This document shows positions 12,480-23,026 of a stretch of 64,000 nt of DNA, piece after piece. The notes below the pieces were generated by a model that searched no databases, was not told the DNA's origin, and worked only from the letters and a program-made list of their open reading frames with translations. The translations under genes and the position numbers were made by a program. Within the stretch, counting starts at the first letter, position 1, and the number at the start of each line of letters is the position of its first letter. The DNA comes from Trichosphaerium sp. ATCC 40318 (taxonomy: Eukaryota; Protista; Tubulinea), in contig JALMLS010000237.1 of the NCBI GenBank assembly GCA_038496445.1, forward strand, positions 1-64,000. The letters are read 5' to 3'.

Positions 12480-14222
12480 TTACTTAGGTGGGATGATATT
12501 AGAGCATATCTTAATCTTGGGCAGAAATGCAAACTTTTCCTTTATGGATATTTTAAATATACTAGTATCTGACACAACAGCAAACTCATTGCTATGTTTT
12601 CCTTTAGTAAACTGGTACTTTGTATTACCATCATAAGCAACAAAGTACTCATATCCATTCTCTTCATGTGTCTCAATATTAACAGTATCGAGAGTGAAGT
12701 AAACCATGAATGTCTTAAAAACACTCTCAACAAACTACAAAAAAAGTTATAAAACTATAGATACCACAAGCACGTGCATTTTTCGGAACGGTGCAGTCCC
12801 ATAGGTTCACTTTTAGGCACCCATCTCTGTCTGTATACCAAGAAGATTGTTGTGGTACTCCAAGTCCACACGTAAAAGTAATCATACGTGTTGTACGAGG
12901 CTCATTTTTAGGTGCGAAATATTGAAGTTGCTGCTTTTCAGCATCACGAAATACAATAAAGTCTGGTACAATAGCACCTATAGTACCATCTGTAGTATTA
13001 CCAGTAAAGTTCATGTTTACAACGAGCTTAGATTTAAAACTTGGCGGTGGAACTTCACCGTTAAAAGTGTATTGCTACAAGTTGTTTTTAGCTGTTTTCA
13101 CAATAAAATTAAAAAACCAATATGCCGTACCGGAATAAACGAGTATTTCCTGAAAGGATATAATCTTCTTGGCTCACACAAGTACTTTGCAACATCATTA
13201 TGATTAAACCCACTAGGATCAGCATTAACAGCTTCATTGCGAATAATTGCAGCCGCTTTAGCGGCACATGAAAACAAAGCTAGAACGACAATAAGACCTT
13301 TATGAAAAACAGAAAAAAAATCGACGCACGTGCTGGCATTTTGTATGATACTGCATGACATCTTGCAAAGAAGGTTTGTGCTAAACCAGAAACTGTTATC
13401 TCCTTTCCATCAGATATCAATATCTCCTTTGCTTCCTGTAACTTATACACAGAAGTATGGAAACAAACAGACTCCATTGGGCCACTAATCTGGCAGTATT
13501 CTCCAGAGTATTGTGGCAAAGAACAGCCTCTTGCGCAAGTTCCATTCGCATTGCATTGGTTACCTCCGTTGTATGCACAGGTTTCAGGACATGGAAGGTC
13601 AGTGCCAACATGAATTGAACTTTTCGTGGATATTTTCGATTTTGCGGTTGGTAGGTTTGTAAGACATTTACCGTCTTGAGTACATAGTGTCATATTGTTC
13701 CTTCGTAGCGGGCAGTGTTCAGGACAATCTTTTGAACATTTTTTACCGTAGAGTTTGTTGAAGTAGCATCCCTTGCATACGCCGCTCATGTCGCAATCAG
13801 GAAACGCGCCAGTGTATTGGCACGTTGCTGGGCAACGGTTCTCACATTTTTTTCCATACAGACCTTTGGTGTTAGCGCTGTACGGTTATTAAACATAATC
13901 ACGTACCTGGAGTACACTTGGCACATGTATTGTCGGTTAAGCACTTGAGACACTTTCCAAGACCGCATTTTGATTTATTTGTGCATACACCGGTGTATTG
14001 ATTACATTCAATACAGTTCTGAGCGTCTTTGCATTTAAACTCGCAATTTTGGCCATAGAAGCCATAATCGCATTCAATACAATTATCTTAAAGCGTCAGA
14101 TGTCTTGCACGTATGTATTCTGTACCTTGAACAGGGCATTTTCCTACTCTGCAATTATCGCAGTCCCACTGGGCCGATACAGCTAGTACTACCACGGTTA
14201 ACGTGAATAACGAACTCCACAT
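12480..14222 (-). CDS. Secreted protein with EGF-like Cys-rich repeats and unknown C-terminal domain, multi-exon
   Basis: Signal peptide MWSSLFTLTVVVLAVSA; repeats such as GVCKGCYFNKLYGKKCSKDCPEHC and GTCARGCSLPQYSGEYC; downstream exons join through GT-AG introns. Confidence 0.65.
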
Positions 14223-14592
14223 AGATAGTTCTTTTCTAGAACAAAGGTACTTTTCTCCTGGTGCTAAGTCATGGTGAGTTTAAGTTTAAACTACGGATTA
14301 ACATAGTGCTAGAATCCAAGAAATGAATTCCAAACTAGTATTCACACCAGGTAATTTTAAATACCTTGGTAACACTGAACGAATTTAGGAAATGTCAAGA
14401 TAATTCTGAGAAAAAAGTAAAACTGTTTGGACATTTCTGATTTTTTCAATCAGTCAACTGACAATAACCGAGCTAGTTTCCTAATATTATCATACTTTGA
14501 AGTAAAAACCGTGGACCACTATCAATGCACACGTGTCTACATAGTCGCACTTGGTATTTGGCTAAGATTTTTCATAATTTTCAAGCGTTACA

Positions 14593-15168
14593 ATGACAAC
14601 ACCAGTAGAATCAAAGACCCTACGCAAGGGAATAACTTTTACGTCAACCTGGAAGGATGATAAGATATCGTCGCTTGATCATACAGGAGATTACATGTGG
14701 GGCCGCAAAGGGCGGTATACATCAAGCTTTTTCCTTCTTGTAGCGGTAATAGCAAATAACGTTCGCGGAAAAACCTTTACCGAAGCTCTACGCTCAATCG
14801 TACGCTGCTCACTTCAAGGAACTTCATACCAATGTTTCGCTTGTGTGTACGCTTATTGGCGTTTCTAGGAACGGTTGACATCAACCATGTTGATGAAACC
14901 CTCTGCAGAAGTCCCTGAATGGCACGTGATAACTAAGCAGTTACTTGAGGATGTTCGCATGCATCTAAAAAACGATGAACCAGCAAACGAAACTGAAAAG
15001 TCTATCGTAATTAATGAGTTGGCTTTGAGGTTCATGGACGTCCAAGTACATCTTCCTTTAGCTTTTTTTGAGACTGAGAATGTATGTACTGAATCAGAAG
15101 TAAACCAACAAAAGCAAGCACTCGGGATGTTGGCTAGTTTAGAAGAAAAACTTAAAAACACATACTAA
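14593..15168 (+). CDS. Hypothetical protein (probably 2 exons)
   Basis: ORFs 14593 and 14875 join through a GTACGC...TAG intron at about 14800-14867; no recognisable motif. Confidence 0.4.
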
Positions 15169-15321
15169 CACATACATCTAAAATGTTAATGATTTTATTT
15201 TGTTCTAAGTATCACATGTGCCACGCGACTAGCGAAGGTCAATTGGCATTGCCACTAATAAACTGTGTTTATCTCATATATTCTATGTTTTGTATAGAAG
15301 AGGAAGTGATACATATATGCT

Positions 15322-16107
15322 TTAGTCTTTCAATGGAACTTCATATTGTTTTCCGTTCATCATGAAACAATGTTTAATTATAGTTCCATCTTGTCCCCAC
15401 TGTGTGAAAAGCTCAGATAGCTGACCATTAAATAGTGTACAATCTATTTTTATCTGTCCATTACTGTACCACTCTTTGTACTTGCCATTGGATATATTAT
15501 TTACCTTTGTGCATTTCATTTTCATTTGACCATTTCTATGGTACTCCTTGCACTCTCCATTGGTCTTTTTGTTTACCTTTAATTCCTCTTTTGATAGAAC
15601 GCCATTATCATACCAACTTCTATACAAACCATCTTCCATACCATCAACCATTTCAGTTTGAACAGAGAGTGTTCCATTTTTATGCCATAATCTCATTGTG
15701 CCATTTAATCCACCATTAGCAACTGTAAACTCTCTTTCTAGAACTCCATTATCATACCATGTTCTACATAACCCCGTGACAACACCATTGATAGTTGTAC
15801 CTTTGGATTCTAGTTTTCCGTTTGGATGAAAAGAAGACAAATTCCCAGAAGGATATATACTACGTCTCATAACAACACCTGTTTTATACCAAGATATCCA
15901 TTCTCCTTTACGTTCCAGACTCTCATCAAAATGTGTGTTTATTGCTGCTTTCTTTGATAGGGTGTGGAACTTTGTAAAAGCAGATGAGTTGAAAGTACAA
16001 ATATACTGTTGAAGTTCATGTGGTAAGTCAAGAAGACTGTATGATGCAGTCTGTTCTGTACAAAGAACTAATTTTTTACCTGCGATCATCAACTTGTTCC
16101 TTTGCAT
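15322..16107 (-). CDS. F-box + MORN-variant repeat protein
   Basis: LLDLPHELQQYI F-box followed by about 7 repeats of G.xxxW[YH]xNGxL; intronless. Confidence 0.85.
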   Translation of the reverse strand: MQRNKLMIAGKKLVLCTEQTASYSLLDLPHELQQYICTFNSSAFTKFHTLSKKAAINTHFDESLERKGEWISWYKTGVVMRRSIYPSGNLSSFHPNGKLESKGTTINGVVTGLCRTWYDNGVLEREFTVANGGLNGTMRLWHKNGTLSVQTEMVDGMEDGLYRSWYDNGVLSKEELKVNKKTNGECKEYHRNGQMKMKCTKVNNISNGKYKEWYSNGQIKIDCTLFNGQLSELFTQWGQDGTIIKHCFMMNGKQYEVPLKD

Positions 16108-16526
16108 AGTATAGTTCTCCTAATACGTTAAAAGAAGCAAGTTTCTTCTTATGAGAGCCAAACGTCAATAAAATCGATTAGCGTAGATCTAACAATTAGG
16201 TTAGGAGTAGAGTAAGCAATAGGAAGTGTAATGAAATATTTATTTGAGGGTTTTAATCCAGTTGACCACACTTTCGTCCATAAAACATGCAATCAAAAAT
16301 TTCGAAATGATAGAGACGACAAACCTCAGTGTCTTCTTGTGAAAAATAGATTGATTTACTGCTCGCTAAATGTTATGTTTCACAAAAGAGATGGAGTATG
16401 GTAAATCCATTTATTCACGTTTTCAGCAATTCTCCAAGAACTTGTTTCAAAGGTTAAACTAACGATTCTCTCAACAAAGCAGGCATTGATAGTTTTCGTT
16501 TTAGAAAGACCGCAATATCTACATAC

Positions 16527-16542
16527 GGTCTTACTCAAAGGA
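16527..16542. repeat. Target-site duplication, poly(A)-side copy
   Basis: GGTCTTACTCAAAGGA, identical to 19541-19556 (17 bp if the following T is counted). Confidence 0.95.
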
Positions 16543-19540
16543 TTTTTTTTTTTTGAGGTAAAGCTGGTTTTTATTAATAAAACCTCAGAATGCATTGGTA
16601 GGACCAACAGCAACTAGCGGTGCTTGTACATTATTACAATATTATACTTTTTTTTTTCTTGTTTTTAGTTTTTGTGTTTGTGCTCTATTCCACATATGAG
16701 CTAAGCCATACTGATCGGTTTCTTGTACGGACTGGTGTGGATGGCGCCAACCTTGCTTTAGGTACTGGTGTACCATCTGGAAGGATGTGTGAGATCTCGT
16801 GACCCACTGCAAACGCGCCCTCGTTATATTGGAGGCGCTCCAGAAGAGCTGACGGATTTTTGTAAGCCGGCTCAAAAGGCGTGTAGTCGTGACTGTAATT
16901 GGGGTCAAACACCCAATACTCTATATTGTCGTTAAAAACCGCCCAGGGGGGTGGCTTGATACCGTCATTGATATTGACAGCCAATAAATAATACTTCTTG
17001 AACCTAAACCTGACCTCCTTTGAAGTCAGAAGTGTACCACCGTACTTGATATCATTACGTGACTTCCAGATGATGGACATAACTATAGATATAGCCAGCA
17101 ATGCTGAGACGTCACCATCGTAGCTGAACAAAGTATCCAGACCCCACTCACCATCTATCAAAAACGATGTAAGATCCTCTAACAAAGCAGCGATAGCCAA
17201 AGCAGGCTTCCACTCCCAAAATACAGCTTCGTGCTTTTCAGGGGGTCTGGCCAATTTCCTATGAGTAACCGGAAGCACACGCATAAGGTACCGCCATAAC
17301 ACATCTCTGGGATGATTACAACCTTTAACACACCTAAGTGAACCAACAATGTACTTGTAATTGTACAATTTGAAAGCCTCAACTACCGAGGGTCTGGTGA
17401 CTGGCACCTTTGTATATTTGCCATAGTCGCTAAGTATTCTACCTACTTTGCGATACTTGCCTGCAGTGCCCATCATGTTACATCCGATTTTCTTCCATTC
17501 CCGCTCACACTTAGCACCAATATCAGACGCACCTGTCACCCACAACTCTTTATAAGTAGGGGATTCCAGACAAGCACGCTCCCATAGCGAGGCCTTGAAT
17601 GCACTAGACGCCATTGTTATGAACTGGAAACCTATACCACCCTCTTCTGCTGGTAGCCCAGCCTGCTCCCATGTCATGGCAGGTCTGTGCTGCTTTGAGT
17701 CGTCATAACAGACCCCTGCCTCCCATAAAAACCATGAATAAGCCTTTGACAACCTATTAACTAACTTTCGTGGAAATTTGAAAGGCCTAGCAAAGTACAG
17801 TAACTTTGACTGCGCATAAGTGCGCAATACATTCACCTTCTGCCTCAATGTGCTCATCATGGGCTTCCACTTGACAAGGTGACCAGTGATGCGCTCCACA
17901 GCAGCGTCCCAATCATAAGACAAACCACTGCTTGTGAAACTAAAACCTAAGTACTTTTCACCTGCTGCAGGCGGATTGAACACCCTTTCTATGTTACCAA
18001 CCACATTAGCTTGATGACACTTATCTGGATGGGATGTTAGCCCTGTGGCCAATCCGAATCTTGTTATGACACCAACTGCTGCATGCAAGCTACCTGAGTC
18101 ACGAACAATGAGCATTAAATCATCTGCAAAGAACTGATTAGTGGTGCAGCTGCCATCAGGCAGCTGAGCTCCCCGTATCTTAGAGCTAGATTGCAGAGCA
18201 ACATTCAGCGGCTCCACCAGTAGAGCAAACAGGAATGGGCTAAGCGGATTACCTTGTCCAGTACCTCTCTCTGTGTTGAAGGTAACCTGAGAAGTGGACC
18301 CATTAATCTTAATCCGTACAGATAATTTCAAAGACGCTATAAGCATATTGACAAAGCTATTGTCAAGACCTAAGTGTTGGAGCACCCTGGCTAAGGCCTT
18401 ATGGCTGCAAGAGTCAAACGCCTTTTTGAAATCAAAAGCTATCAAAGAGAGAGCTTTCTTGCTATTTGTGTGAGAGCTAACTGCCTCACATACATTGATG
18501 ACGTTGTCCACTATGTCACGTCCAGGTATAAATCCATTTTGAGAACTGGAGATAACTTCACTCATCATTGGAGCAAACCTATTGTACAAAACCTTCATGA
18601 AGATTTTATAGTCAGAGTTTAACAACGTGATAGGTCTATAATTGGAAAGGTCTCGTGGATCACCCTTTTTAAATATAGGGAGGACAGTACCATCACAAAA
18701 GTATGCTGGAACCTTTCCTTTTTCTAGAAAGGAGTTATAAAGTGCTGTCAAAGGCACTGCAACATCAGACGCTGTATCCCTATACACAAACATACCAAGT
18801 CCGTCAGGGCCTGGAGACTTGTATTGGGGTAAGCTTTGTATGGCTGTGACCACCTCTTCAGGTGTGATCTTAGCTTGTATATCCTCTAAGTGCTTGAAGG
18901 CCAAACTAACATCCCACTCCTCCAAAAAAGAGTTAAGGACTTCTTCATCACTCACCACTTGACCATAAAGGTCTCCATAGAACTCAGCAGCAATATCTTG
19001 CATCTCTTTGACATCTGTGGATGATACAGAGTCCCATGCTCGCCGGAGTTCCTTGACTGTGAGACTGCAAGCTCTACCACAAAGTAATTTAGTCAAATAT
19101 GGAGTAGGTACCTCCTCTTTAATTGCACGTTTGGCGCCTGAAATTATAGACTTGTACACCTTGCGTTCCAACACCAATTCTTCGTACTCTTGGATCCACT
19201 CATCTGGAACCCAGGTAGCTGCTGATATCATAATAGCCAGAGAAACTCGCCTATCAATGGTGGCTTTGAGACCTTCACTCTGTAAGCCAGCCAATGCCTT
19301 AACCAGCCACTCTTTGCGTTCTTCATATGAGTTGACATCATCACTTTGGCAGTAAGTGCCACCAGCGACCACCGGAGCTATCTTAGAGCGCTGCCACCAG
19401 ACAGGATTGGCACGCCAATCCTTGGCTGGAGCTTTAGGAGCTCCTATCACGACTTCTAGCATTTTGTGGTCTGTACCAAGATGATCTGCATTAAGCACAC
19501 CAAAGGACGTAACCCTGTCAATTAACTTTGCTTGCACCCA
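16543..19540 (-). mobile_element. 5'-truncated non-LTR retrotransposon (APE-type, L1/Tx1-like)
   Basis: Poly(A) tail (T12 at 16543-16554 on +) preceded by AATAAA; perfect 16-bp TSD; uninterrupted ORF; visibly higher GC than flanks. Confidence 0.95.
16685..19540 (-). CDS. LINE ORF2 remnant: end of APE endonuclease + reverse transcriptase + C-terminal domain
   Basis: LIDRV...GTDH (APE C-terminus), KSPGPDG, NYRPITLLNSDYKI, QNGFIPGR, DFKKAFD, GTGQGNPLSPFLF, FADD, KYLG, IWKSRN. No true start codon; the track start lies inside the TSD. Confidence 0.95.
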   Translation of the reverse strand, partial: WVQAKLIDRVTSFGVLNADHLGTDHKMLEVVIGAPKAPAKDWRANPVWWQRSKIAPVVAGGTYCQSDDVNSYEERKEWLVKALAGLQSEGLKATIDRRVSLAIMISAATWVPDEWIQEYEELVLERKVYKSIISGAKRAIKEEVPTPYLTKLLCGRACSLTVKELRRAWDSVSSTDVKEMQDIAAEFYGDLYGQVVSDEEVLNSFLEEWDVSLAFKHLEDIQAKITPEEVVTAIQSLPQYKSPGPDGLGMFVYRDTASDVAVPLTALYNSFLEKGKVPAYFCDGTVLPIFKKGDPRDLSNYRPITLLNSDYKIFMKVLYNRFAPMMSEVISSSQNGFIPGRDIVDNVINVCEAVSSHTNSKKALSLIAFDFKKAFDSCSHKALARVLQHLGLDNSFVNMLIASLKLSVRIKINGSTSQVTFNTERGTGQGNPLSPFLFALLVEPLNVALQSSSKIRGAQLPDGSCTTNQFFADDLMLIVRDSGSLHAAVGVITRFGLATGLTSHPDKCHQANVVGNIERVFNPPAAGEKYLGFSFTSSGLSYDWDAAVERITGHLVKWKPMMSTLRQKVNVLRTYAQSKLLYFARPFKFPRKLVNRLSKAYSWFLWEAGVCYDDSKQHRPAMTWEQAGLPAEEGGIGFQFITMASSAFKASLWERACLESPTYKELWVTGASDIGAKCEREWKKIGCNMMGTAGKYRKVGRILSDYGKYTKVPVTRPSVVEAFKLYNYKYIVGSLRCVKGCNHPRDVLWRYLMRVLPVTHRKLARPPEKHEAVFWEWKPALAIAALLEDLTSFLIDGEWGLDTLFSYDGDVSALLAISIVMSIIWKSRNDIKYGGTLLTSKEVRFRFKKYYLLAVNINDGIKPPPWAVFNDNIEYWVFDPNYSHDYTPFEPAYKNPSALLERLQYNEGAFAVGHEISHILPDGTPVPKARLAPSTPVRTRNRSVWLSSYVE

Positions 19541-19556
19541 GGTCTTACTCAAAGGA
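19541..19556. repeat. Target-site duplication, 5'-truncation-side copy
   Basis: GGTCTTACTCAAAGGA, identical to 16527-16542. Confidence 0.95.
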
Positions 19557-20125
19557 TGTAATTTGACAATTGATATTAAGAAGGGAGTTATTCCACTTAT
19601 ATAAACGAGTAAATCGTTACGAGAGACATATGTACAGCACTAAAAAATAACGAAATGTGACTCATCAAATTCATGGAAAAATATGTTAGAAAACCGTCAT
19701 GTCACGTTTTTTTTATCACATGGTAATAAAATTGCTTCTACGATAAAATAAAGACTCGTTCTAGCAATAACAAAACGTATAGTACGATTAACAACGTATA
19801 AATAGTACCACGTGTGCGTTGTAATGTGAACGTTACAAAAAAATACTGCAAAAAATAGTAATGGGATTAGTTCAGATTTCTGTTGATACACTGGTACAAA
19901 ATGCTGGCTCGGTTATAAATCAAGGTAGTATTTCGGAAGTGTGTAGCGTAAGATTACGTTTTTTTCGTATAATGAGACTGTTTTATATGTAGCTCTAGGT
20001 CTTAATGCTGTAAATAGGATAAAACAAAATCAAGGGAGAAAAATATACCCTGTTGTGATTTAGTTTCTGGTGATGGCTCGTCATGTCTACAAAATTTCTT
20101 CTAAAAATACAACATACCTCTAGCA

Positions 20126-20809
20126 ATGAAGCTATTCTTCGTAATAAACGTCTTTATACTCATCACACAAGTACTTGAATCCCTTAATTTTGAATTTCTA
20201 AGAGATACATTGTAAGGTTAAATATGCGGATTGTCAGCTACCATATCCTGTAACTGGTGTCCAAGTCAATAGAGACTCTCTCAGTGACTATCAGGATTGG
20301 ATACCGTGCCACGACAGTTCTTGGGGCACTCAAACAAATGAACAGTTTCTCAACTGCCTAACAGGACCACTGATTATGACTCTGTTCGGTTGCGCGGATA
20401 GGAACGGTGATTTTATTGTCTATGGTAAGCATACTACAGCACGTTGTTTGTACAATGCTAATATTACATGTTCAATAGCAATAGGTGACTCCGAATGGTT
20501 TCAAACTATACAACCAAGTGAGATGGAAGCTGCTCATTTCATAAATGGTGTGTATTGGTATCGTGCTGAAAGAGCTATTGGGTTCGCACCTGAAAGATTC
20601 ATACGTCTGCGTACCTGCGACACATTAACCAACTCTTCAGAACAGAGAATGTGTTTCCATCTGTTCACTGGCGGTTGGAGGTACCAGATGATATTTAGTT
20701 ATTTCTCATACGCAATAGGTGTGGTTCGGAAGGCACGTCAACCTCCAACTCTAGAGGATGGAGAAAGATAATCTTACAAAAAGCAGTCGAAAGTCAATGT
20801 ACAAGGTGA
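20126..20809 (+). CDS. Small secreted protein with Trp/Cys-rich domain (3 exons)
   Basis: Signal peptide MKLFFVINVFILITQ; spliced core NGVYWY...IGFAP...TCDT...RMCFH...GGWRCG; TGA at 20807-20809. Confidence 0.65.
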
Positions 20810-21486
20810 TTGTCACGTGAATGACAGCTTCACAATAAACTTCTTTCTTTATCAAGAACTGCCACTGTTTGTATTGTTATTGTGCATTTTTTGGAAGCGT
20901 AAACGTGACAGGTCGACTTTCATTTAAGCTGGTACATTTTTATGAATACCTTACACCCATAGATAACTACAAAGCAAATGCCTAAAAGAAAAGTTTAGAC
21001 AAGAGCATAAAAAATTATGAATTGTCTTAGGACGGTTCATCTTCACCATAATTTCAAACTTGCTCAAGCTATTAACCCGAATAAGGCAGTATTATTGGAT
21101 TTTGTATGTCTTTAAACAGGATGACGCCTGTGTATTGAATTTGTATTATGTTAAGGGGCAGCATAGCTTTGAGACAATTTTAAGAAAATTACAACATTTT
21201 GATTTACAGGACTTCGAGAATCCTTGAGACGGTTTTACTCACCTCAGGACCATCTAACTTCAATTGTTTTTTAACGTGTAGCTAGGATGCTATACTTATA
21301 GTTATACAGCCCATTTTGAGATTCGTTTATGCTGTGCCGAGGAAAAGTACCGACAGTCAAAGCAATTTTTTTCTAAACACACTTTTTCAAAAATGTCTGA
21401 AACTGTCTCAAAAGCGACTGCCCCTAAAGTAGTTTTATGCCCAAACAGAATAGTAGCAACAACATACAGTTAGTTATACCAAATCA

Positions 21487-22543
21487 TCACATTTTTAATG
21501 CAGCAAGACCTCTTTGTGTAACTGAAGTGCCCACAGTGTAAAGTGTATGAACACCTCTAAGTGATTTAATACCCTCGTCTGTAATATTTTTACAACCCAT
21601 CATATCAATATAATGGGCACCAGACAGTGCTTGTATACCTTCATCAGTAATGTTTTTACAACCAGCAAGGTCAATAAAATAGACACCAGACAGTGCTTTT
21701 ATACCTTCATCTGTAATGTTACAACCCATCAGACGAACTGTATGAACTCCTGAAAGAGCTTGTATCCCTTCATCTGTGATATGGTTACAATATGAGACCG
21801 TAATAGTATGTACTCCAGCAAGCGCTTTAATACCTTTATCTGTTACATTAACACCTGAAAGATTAATTGCATGAACACCAGAAAGAGCTTGTATCCCTTC
21901 ATCTGTTATATTTGTACACCGGAGATCAATATCGTAGACTCCAGAAAGAGCTTTGATGCCTTCATCTGTTATGTTCATACAACCTTGAAGGTTGATGGTG
22001 TGGACTCCAGAAAGTGCTTTTAACCCTTCATCTGCTACGTTTGTATAATCTAGATCTATGGTGTGAACACCTGAAAGAGCCTTTATCCCTTCATCTGTAA
22101 TTTGTTTACAATATGAGAGTGCAATGGTATGTACTCCAGCAAGTGCTTTAATACCTTCATCTGTTACACTTTCCATACATCCGCAAAGATAAATATCATT
22201 CACACCAGCAAATGCTTTAACAATATCCGCAGATACGGATCGTCCAACAATTGCGATTTTTGTATGTTGGAGAGTAGTAGGATATTTTAACACTGCTTTG
22301 GCTTGCGATATAGATGAAACGCGGACGCTATAGTATCCGACAATATCGTGAACAATAGAAGCAAGGCGACGGCACGTTTGACAAGCTGCAAACCTTGCTC
22401 TAGTAATTTGACGTAAAATATGTGCTAAAATCTCTGTAGGGAGGTCTAACACGTTTTTTGGTGCGCTAGTGTGAGGTTAGCACGCTTGAATAGGCAATTT
22501 ACTCATACGTTTGCGCTTTGGCGTTTAATCTCTTATTTAACAT
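21487..22543 (-). CDS. F-box + LRR protein (about 11 repeats) with one short 5' intron
   Basis: ATG 22543 and intron 22466-22508 (GTATGA...CTAAC...TAG) restore the frame into NVLDLPTEILAHIL; repeats LSGVHxIxLxxCxxITDEGIKA. Confidence 0.88.
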
Positions 22544-22719
22544 TACAGGCTTGTAGTTTAGTGGCTGTCAAGCGATTTGGCGGAGATAAACCATGTCACG
22601 CAAACATCACGTGATATAAACTTTTTAAGCTGCCTTAATCAGCAAGCAGGATACGAAGCACGAAAATGTACGAATTTGTTAGCACACGTGCTTGTAAAAT
22701 AATAAGAAAAAAACAAGTA

Positions 22720-22903
22720 TGTAACATAGTTTTTTCTTTCCGGCGGAGTAATGATTTACATTTGGTGATTCGGAGCTAGAGTATTCAATTCTGGTTTCAA
22801 GCGGTCAGCAAAGCCTATGAGCATAGAACTACCACCAGTTATAACGATGTTTGTACAGTTTTTTAGGCAAGTCAACATCACATTTCATGATGGAGTTGTT
22901 TAT
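22720..22903 (-). pseudogene. Decayed actin/actin-like fragment
   Basis: [16 protein letters not shown], frameshift, NIVITGGSSMLIGFADRLKPELNTLAPNHQM*IITPPERK, versus actin [43 protein letters not shown]...IIAPPERK. Confidence 0.85.
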
Positions 22904-23026
22904 TGTCTATTCGGCCACAATAGTACTCAGTTTGTTTTAACTTACTACATGTATTAAGAAGAAATAATGGCTTTTTTAACCGTCTGTCTACTGAAACGAT
23001 TTTTTTGCGTTTATTTTGTGTTTGGT

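Noticed and set aside
16505-16543. LINE target (minus strand CCTTTGAGTAAGACCGTATGTAGATAT) loosely resembles the U2 snRNA 5' region targeted by Keno/Utopia elements
   Set aside because: Many mismatches, no downstream U2 stems or Sm site, and the insertion point does not match the known U2 site.
19541-19552. Track start codon of the 955-aa ORF
   Set aside because: It is a TTG inside the target-site duplication; the element is 5'-truncated.
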